Shown: piece after piece, positions 57,795-64,000 of the stretch | How the letters are laid out: every line of letters starts with the position of its first letter | Numbering within the stretch: the first letter of the stretch is position 1 | Source: Blastocatellia bacterium | GTDB lineage: Bacteria; Acidobacteriota; Blastocatellia; RBC074 | Direction: 5' to 3' | Assembly: GCA_016789725.1 (NCBI GenBank) | Contig: JAEUQN010000012.1 | Span: 1,448 to 65,447, forward strand | Length of the DNA stretch: 64,000 bases | Notes under the pieces: generated by a model | The model's input: only the letters and a program-made list of their open reading frames with translations | Databases searched by the model: none | Told to the model about the DNA's origin: nothing | Made by a program: the position numbers and the translations under genes

Positions 57795-60700
57795 TTACTG
57801 ACAGGTTGGTGCCGAAATCGGAACCGTCAAACTGACGGCTCCTGCCAGCGCGCCGTGCTGCAAATTGTATCCACCGACAAACGCATTCGGGGTGCGGAGG
57901 TTCGCGGGCAAATTCATCACTGATCCAATAATTCCCCAGCTTGAATCCGTCCACGCTTTCATCCATCCGGTTTGTCCGGCAGGGATGAACGTGTCAAAGC
58001 GTGTCGTCAGGCGAGGGAACGTGTTGGAAAGACTGCTGACGAATTGTGGTGCGGAACTGCTGAACGAAAAATCCTGAGCCGTGCGGTTGCCATTGTAAAT
58101 CTTGCCCGAAATCGCCCCCAACCCGCCTGCCGTTCCGACCAGGCTGCCGCCCACCCGTGTCAGAATCAGCCGCGTGTTATTGCCGTCCTTGAGGCTCGGC
58201 AAATTATCCACCACGACCAATCGGGGCAATCGTCCATAACTGGTCCCATCAAAATTCAAGGTTGTCGAAGTGTTGCCCGTCGCGCACGTGGTTGGGTTGG
58301 TTGCCAAGGCTGCCACTGCCACTGCGCCCAAATTCGTGATATGCCCCGATGCCAGTTTGACAGACGCGCTGCCAGCCAGATGGTTGAAATTGACTGGGCA
58401 ACCCGTGGTTTTGTCCACTGCCACCGCGATGACGTATCCCGTAATATTGGGGTCAGTTTCCGACATCAGAAGGCTAATGGTTTGATTGGCCGGGAGACAG
58501 TAAAACAAGCTAAAAACAGACGCTGTCTGCCCATCCACAAAATACAGCCGCACCGTGGTGTCCTGTGTGTCGTGGGTGTTGGTCAGACGAATCTGGGTAT
58601 TTTCTGCGGCTCGATTGCCCAGGTTCGAGGTGTAATAGCTGTAGAGCAAAACCGAGCCAGCGCGTTGATCGCTGCCGGAGGTGTCAGCAATTTGCAAAAA
58701 GCAGCTTGTGTTGGCAGCTACATTCACCGTGAGGTTCGCCTGCGCCGTTGCTCCTTGTGCGTCGGTGACTTTTAGCGCAATGGTATTGGCTCCCACGGTG
58801 GCGGAGCAGTCGGCGGTAATGATGGCGGAGATCGTCCCATTCGTATTGGTGATCCCGGCGACGCTGAGGCCCGTTGGAACAGAGGTGGTCGTGACGACCA
58901 GATTGGTGGCTGCGGTTTCGGTGTCACTGATGGTCGCAATCGTCACGGCATTGGCGGTTGCGCCTTGTTGCCGCGTAAGTGCGGCGGCGGGCGTGATTGT
59001 CGGAGCCGCATTCGCCGCTTGATTGATGGTGAACGTGCGTCCGCCAACGAAGATGGTTCCGCTGCGAGCGGCCCCGGCATTGGCGGCAACGGCGTAATTG
59101 ACCGATCCATTCCCGCTCCCGTTGCCTTGCGTAAATGTAATCCACCCATCGCTGGTTGAAGCGTTCCAGGTGCAACCCGTTTGCGTCGTGATGGTGAAAC
59201 TCCCTGTGCCGCCAGTGGCCGCAACACTTTGGCTGGTTGCGCCGAGCGCATAGGTGCAGGATGAAGCGGGCGACAATGTTCTTGACCCGCTCACGCTGAA
59301 GCTCACGCCATCAAACGAAACAGAACCCATGAACGTCTTGTTGCCCGTTTCTCCGCTTGGAGGCGTGATGACATAGGTCAAACTACGCGCCGCATTGTCG
59401 AAGTATGGTCCCCATTTGACCTTGCGATTGGTGTTATCAAATGCGCCACCATTGTTGATGCTGGTGACAGTCCAACCCGGTGGCACTGTCTCCTCGATAG
59501 CATAGACCTGTGTGCTGGCATCCGGGGTGACATTGATAGTGACAGTAATCCCGACTCCTGGCGTGTAGCTGGCGGCACTGAAACTCGCCGCTGCGGTGCC
59601 GCCTGCGAACGCGGTAGAGCTTGCCTCCATCATCGCATCAATCGCCGCGACCATGCCAAATCCAAGGCCTGGCGCGTATCCCATTGCGCGGAGCATTTTC
59701 AGGGCCTGCTCTTCGGTTGCGAACGACGCGATCTTTTCCGTTGAAGTTGGAAGATCGGATTGTCGCAAGCTGATACTGGCCCCCGCCGCAAATGGCGGTG
59801 ATTTGGAACCATCGTAGTGATAAATCTCGCCGAGCTTCCAAATCAGCCCGGCATTGGTCAGGTAATTGATGTCAATCGGAGCCGTACCCGCTTTCCAGGC
59901 AGCCCCGTAGGCTGTTAACTCATTGATCTCAATTCTGAGATTGGTGTTCAGATCTGCCGGATGAAAGAGGTTCGCCGCTTCAATGGTGGTATTCCCGCAA
60001 ATCGTGTTGCTCGTACCGTTGAGAGAGGCTGTTCCGCCGAATGTTCTTTGTCCCGTCGTTCCCACTGGGGGTGTTACTGAGTACAAAAATGTCCGCGCCG
60101 TCGCATCGAAAAATGGTCCCCATTTGACTTTGCCGTTGACGGAATCAAATTGACCGTTGTTATCAATCGCAGAGACGGTCCAGCCGGTCGGAGGCGTTTC
60201 TTCAACGGCGTAGGATTGAGTGCTGGCCGACGGTGTAACCTGGACCGAAACTTGAAACGCTACACCCGGAGTATATTGCGTGGGCAAGGTGCGCTGAGCG
60301 ATACAGGTGCTTTGAGTCGCGTCCTGTGTCACGGTGAAAGTGATTCCGGCAATCGTCAGCGTTCCCGTGCGTGCCGCGCCTGTATTGGCTGCGACTGCAA
60401 AATTGACTACGCCACTGCCATTGCCACTGCCACTGCCCGCATTGATCGTGATCCAGGTATCATTGCTGATTGAGGTCCAGGCACAGCCAGTTGCCGTCGT
60501 GACATTCACGCTGCTGCCGCTGCCTGTCGCCGCGAAGCTTTGTGCCGTGGGCGAAATCGAAAAGCTGCACGTAGATGTGGTGGTGAAGGTGGACGCATTG
60601 GACGTTCCGCCGCCGGGTGTCGGATTGAAAACCGTCACATTGGCATTGCCTGCCGCTGCCACATCAGCCGCTGTAATGCTGGCAGTGAGTTGTGTGCTGC

Positions 60701-63700
60701 TGCCGAAGGTCGTAGTGCGATCCGTACCATTCCACCGCACGATAGAATTTGACAGGAACCCGGTTCCATTGACTATCAAAGAGAAAGCGTTGCCGCCTGC
60801 CCCGGTTGTGTTGGGGGCGAGGCTGGTAATCGCTGGCGTTGGGTTATTGATCGTGAAGGTAGCGGCACTGGACGTTCCGCCGCCGGGGGTTGGATTGAAT
60901 ACGGTCACGCTGGCGGTCCCAGCGTTCGCCAAATCTGTGGCCGGGATCGTCGCTGTTAGTTGCGATGCGTTGACTACGGTTGTTGTGCGATTCGCTCCAT
61001 TCCATCGAACGATAGACGAGCTGATGAAATTCGAGCCGTTGACGGTCAGGATCAAATCGCTGCTGCCTCGTGTGGCTGACGTCTGACCCAGACTGGTCAG
61101 CGTTGGAGCCGGGTTGTTGATGGTGAGCGTTCTGGTTTCAGAGGTTCCTCCGCCCGGCGCTGGCGTTACGACGGCGATACTGAGTGTTCCCGCATTTGCA
61201 ATGTCTGCGGCGGTCATAGCAATCGTGAGTTGCGTGCTACTCACTACGGTGGTTGTCCGGCTGATTCCATTGACCTGTGCCGCAGAGGTCGCCACGAAGC
61301 CTGTTCCATTGAGCGTGAGGCTGAAGGCGGCGCTGCCCGCAGTGACCGTTGCTGGTTCGATACTGGCGAGAGTTGGGGCGGGATTGTTGCTGGCTTGCGT
61401 GATGGTCACTGTTTGCCCGGCAATGGTCAGCGTGCCAATCCGCGTGCCTCCCGTGTTGGCGGCGACAGTGAAATTCACGGTACCGTTGCCTGAACCGCTG
61501 GCGCTGCCAGCATTGATCGTGATCCAGGCGTCATTACTGGTGGCTGTCCAGGTACAGCCCGTTCCAACAGTAATATCTATGCTGCTGACCCCGCCACTGT
61601 TAGAGATACTTTGACTGGTGGTTGAAAGTACATACTGACAGTTAATGGTTTTGGTGAGACCCAATTTAGTAGGTATCGCCGTATCCCAGTTGCCGATGAA
61701 TGCCCACCAGTTGGTTAGCTCCTCGGAGTCGAAACGCTTGATGGCGTTATTGAGTCCGGGAATGGATTGCATCCAGTAAATATACCACTGGCATTCTACC
61801 GGGTTACTGGGAGGCGTTGGCCAGGAATAAGAGCGCGATCCCCACGTATCACCGTTCACGAATGCGATTACTCCGGTTCCATCCGGTGTCCAATCGGCAA
61901 TGTCGCTTTCAAAGAGGCTGGGGTCATTGAATTCAAAAGCCATCGTCGTATTTGGCGGCTGGTTTGTCTTTCCACAACGGCCTTGTAAGAATGAGCCATC
62001 TGTATTGCGCCCGATAAATGCTTCCTGAAATAACAAGTCATCACGATCCTGCCGGATATTGGCGTAGGTCAACACGGCTTCAATATGGTGTCCGTGATTG
62101 CGGGCCGCCAGATTTTCGGATCGTGTAAAGTCAATTCCAAAGACAGTATACGACTTGGGGTAGACAGGCAAATCATCGTTGGTTTGCGCACTGCTGGAAA
62201 TATCTCCTGAAAAGGGACTGGCCATATTGGATTCATTCAGCGCAATATTTGAGTTGACATATTGTTCCAGCCAAACTTCTTTCACCCCATCTGTGTTGAC
62301 CATGCTTTCAACATTGAAGCGTGCGAAAATTTGTTTGTAGTCCGGGTAATACTGTTCTGGTGTGCCAGTGGGCAATCCAGGGGGAACCTCTTCATAAACG
62401 TTGATGATTTTGACAACCCGATAGCCGAGAGAGGGAACTACTGCCCCATTTCTATAGGCACGGAATCGGCTGCCTTCTTCCAGCATGAATTTAAGATTGG
62501 TTTCCAAAATTCTCTGTTTATTTTGTAGGGCAGATAGTGAGGAAGCAAAACCAGACAGACTTTCATCAACATCCACATCATCTTTGGCAGGTAAATAACG
62601 AATGATCGCTACCGGGATGCTATAAACCGCATTGTTGATTGGCGTGCTGAGGGCAGCATCAATAAATTCTTCTGTCTGTGGTTCTTTTTTAGGCGTCAAC
62701 ACCTCGACACCAATGTCAAATGAAAGGCCGTTCAGCGTCGCTCTGACCGTTGTCGTTCCCGGTGCGATGGCTTTAATCCGCCCTGTCGTGGAATCCGTTT
62801 CAGCAATTCCTGAAGGTGTACTGGAAATGGCAGCGGCCAGAAAAGGCAGAGAAATATCCCCTGCATTTGATGTCACTGCTGAGAATCGTAAATCTTTCCA
62901 ATACGACCAGCCCGGATATAGTCTTACGCTGGGGGAAGGTGGCGGCAGCGTGACAGATGTGATCGCCAGATTTTGTATCATGCGCGCTGCAATTTCCTGC
63001 GAAGTGCGTGGGCCACTACTGATGACTACTTCATCAATGGTGGCAAGGAGAGGTGTTCGGATTCCGTCCCCTCCAATTTGCAGCGTTGAGTTGGTGATGT
63101 TGTCAATGGTGGGCAGCGTGGTGGTGGTGGCCAGAGAGCGTTCGGACATGAGCGTGCCATCCACATACAACCGCAAAAATTTTTCCGAGTTGCTCCACGA
63201 AGCAGCGACGTGATGCCATTGCCCTTGCGTCCAATCCTGGATACTGGTGAGAACGTCGAGTTCCAGAGAGCCATCATCACTGGAACGATTGAAGGACAAG
63301 CGCAGATTATTTCCTTCCTTGCCCAGCAACATGCCTCCATTATTTCCATATTTCAAGATGGTTCGACTCTGACCATCATTACCATTCCAACTTGGTTTGA
63401 GCCAGATTTCGATGGTCCCGGCGGTCGCGTCAATATTTCCATTACTGGTGTAAGTCAGGCGACTGTTGCGATCTACGACGACTCCTTGTCCGCTAATTCC
63501 GGGCTGAAACAGAACCGAAGAGGATTGTGTGGGCGTCTCACTCTGTTCGCCCGTGAGGTTCCCTTCAAGATGCAACACGAGTAAGGATTGGACCGCTTGT
63601 ACGGCAGCAACTTTAGGGGCTGCCAGGAGAGCGCGTGGTGAGAGCATCGTTCCGTTGGGCGGCGCTTGCAACGCGGATTGCGCCCCGGAATAGGCGCTTT

Positions 63701-63809
63701 TAGCAACCGTACCTATCAACAGAAACAGGGCAATGAGCAAACCAAGAAAGAAGACTTTCCGGGTGGAAAGAACAGGTGAGGGCAACAGCATATTCAACTC
63801 CAATACCAT
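57795..63809 (-). CDS. 2004-aa exported surface protein: LamG, Ig-like, BACON x3, IPT/TIG x3, duplicated cohesin-like domains
   Basis: GTIEIWLKP...[13 protein letters not shown] (LamG); GC.W...SND.WIT...GNG.V...VAAN.G..R.GT x3; NP.P.L.S...L.VNG..F...TQLT x3; YTPGV...YA.EET.P.GWTV..I.N.G.FD....KVKWGP.FD x2. Confidence 0.88.
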   Translation of the reverse strand: MVLELNMLLPSPVLSTRKVFFLGLLIALFLLIGTVAKSAYSGAQSALQAPPNGTMLSPRALLAAPKVAAVQAVQSLLVLHLEGNLTGEQSETPTQSSSVLFQPGISGQGVVVDRNSRLTYTSNGNIDATAGTIEIWLKPSWNGNDGQSRTILKYGNNGGMLLGKEGNNLRLSFNRSSDDGSLELDVLTSIQDWTQGQWHHVAASWSNSEKFLRLYVDGTLMSERSLATTTTLPTIDNITNSTLQIGGDGIRTPLLATIDEVVISSGPRTSQEIAARMIQNLAITSVTLPPPSPSVRLYPGWSYWKDLRFSAVTSNAGDISLPFLAAAISSTPSGIAETDSTTGRIKAIAPGTTTVRATLNGLSFDIGVEVLTPKKEPQTEEFIDAALSTPINNAVYSIPVAIIRYLPAKDDVDVDESLSGFASSLSALQNKQRILETNLKFMLEEGSRFRAYRNGAVVPSLGYRVVKIINVYEEVPPGLPTGTPEQYYPDYKQIFARFNVESMVNTDGVKEVWLEQYVNSNIALNESNMASPFSGDISSSAQTNDDLPVYPKSYTVFGIDFTRSENLAARNHGHHIEAVLTYANIRQDRDDLLFQEAFIGRNTDGSFLQGRCGKTNQPPNTTMAFEFNDPSLFESDIADWTPDGTGVIAFVNGDTWGSRSYSWPTPPSNPVECQWYIYWMQSIPGLNNAIKRFDSEELTNWWAFIGNWDTAIPTKLGLTKTINCQYVLSTTSQSISNSGGVSSIDITVGTGCTWTATSNDAWITINAGSASGSGNGTVNFTVAANTGGTRIGTLTIAGQTVTITQASNNPAPTLASIEPATVTAGSAAFSLTLNGTGFVATSAAQVNGISRTTTVVSSTQLTIAMTAADIANAGTLSIAVVTPAPGGGTSETRTLTINNPAPTLTSLGQTSATRGSSDLILTVNGSNFISSSIVRWNGANRTTTVVNASQLTATIPATDLANAGTASVTVFNPTPGGGTSSAATFTINNPTPAITSLAPNTTGAGGNAFSLIVNGTGFLSNSIVRWNGTDRTTTFGSSTQLTASITAADVAAAGNANVTVFNPTPGGGTSNASTFTTTSTCSFSISPTAQSFAATGSGSSVNVTTATGCAWTSISNDTWITINAGSGSGNGSGVVNFAVAANTGAARTGTLTIAGITFTVTQDATQSTCIAQRTLPTQYTPGVAFQVSVQVTPSASTQSYAVEETPPTGWTVSAIDNNGQFDSVNGKVKWGPFFDATARTFLYSVTPPVGTTGQRTFGGTASLNGTSNTICGNTTIEAANLFHPADLNTNLRIEINELTAYGAAWKAGTAPIDINYLTNAGLIWKLGEIYHYDGSKSPPFAAGASISLRQSDLPTSTEKIASFATEEQALKMLRAMGYAPGLGFGMVAAIDAMMEASSTAFAGGTAAASFSAASYTPGVGITVTINVTPDASTQVYAIEETVPPGWTVTSINNGGAFDNTNRKVKWGPYFDNAARSLTYVITPPSGETGNKTFMGSVSFDGVSFSVSGSRTLSPASSCTYALGATSQSVAATGGTGSFTITTQTGCTWNASTSDGWITFTQGNGSGNGSVNYAVAANAGAARSGTIFVGGRTFTINQAANAAPTITPAAALTRQQGATANAVTIATISDTETAATNLVVTTTSVPTGLSVAGITNTNGTISAIITADCSATVGANTIALKVTDAQGATAQANLTVNVAANTSCFLQIADTSGSDQRAGSVLLYSYYTSNLGNRAAENTQIRLTNTHDTQDTTVRLYFVDGQTASVFSLFYCLPANQTISLLMSETDPNITGYVIAVAVDKTTGCPVNFNHLAGSASVKLASGHITNLGAVAVAALATNPTTCATGNTSTTLNFDGTSYGRLPRLVVVDNLPSLKDGNNTRLILTRVGGSLVGTAGGLGAISGKIYNGNRTAQDFSFSSSAPQFVSSLSNTFPRLTTRFDTFIPAGQTGWMKAWTDSSWGIIGSVMNLPANLRTPNAFVGGYNLQHGALAGAVSLTVPISAPTCQ

Positions 63810-64000
63810 CTGATTGTGTCAGGTACGGGCCATGACAGCTAGACTGAGCGTTAAGAGCAGCACCTGACACGCTCAACAAAAGAATGAGATACAAGCGAAG
63901 CGCCACAAGCTTCTGAGGTTGCCGGGCATCGGAAGGATAGACGACTTCATGAGGAATGCGGCGGGATTGGGACCGCAATTTAATAGCTTAACTGAATGTA

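Noticed and set aside
57972-61614. Several long + strand ORFs opposite the 2004-aa gene
   Set aside because: Val/Ala/Pro-rich antisense shadows of Thr/Asn/Gly-rich repeat domains.

Overview
Gene-dense bacterial window, almost entirely + strand until about 55.5 kb. The gene repertoire (DUF1549/DUF1553 + DUF1501, Uma2, CSLREA/BACON/IPT giant proteins) suggests Acidobacteriota, probably Blastocatellia; this is inference. The centrepiece is a contiguous ~31 kb type VI secretion system locus (5640-37301): tssK-L-M, tagJ, tssA-B-C, hcp, tssE, tssF-G, clpV, vgrG and PAAR. It has 12 of the 13 canonical core genes and no recognisable tssJ. Atypical genes are embedded in it: a Rickettsia-PKMT-like protein methyltransferase between tssE and tssF, a CsgG/FlgT-like exported protein after tssG, a MepA-like endopeptidase, an exported caspase-like protease, a small toxin-like ORF, a GH19 enzyme with an unusual leader, a LysM/TTR/PG-binding protein, a C2-like/metzincin effector candidate, and a cytoplasmic plus lipoprotein paralog pair. 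Flanking regions hold two DUF1549/DUF1553 cytochrome-c proteins, a DUF1501 protein, a CSLREA-FecR-caspase/TPR operon, sugar/redox genes with two intercalated Uma2 genes, and on the minus strand a DUF6345-like protein and a 2004-aa surface protein. A second layer is non-coding: 7-, 8- and 9-nt-period hairpins at operon junctions, the same heptamer hairpin inserted in-frame at the same site of both DUF1553 paralogs, two REP-like doublets and a 247-bp MITE. No rRNA, tRNA or CRISPR array was recognised. All family calls come from motif recognition by eye, not database searches.
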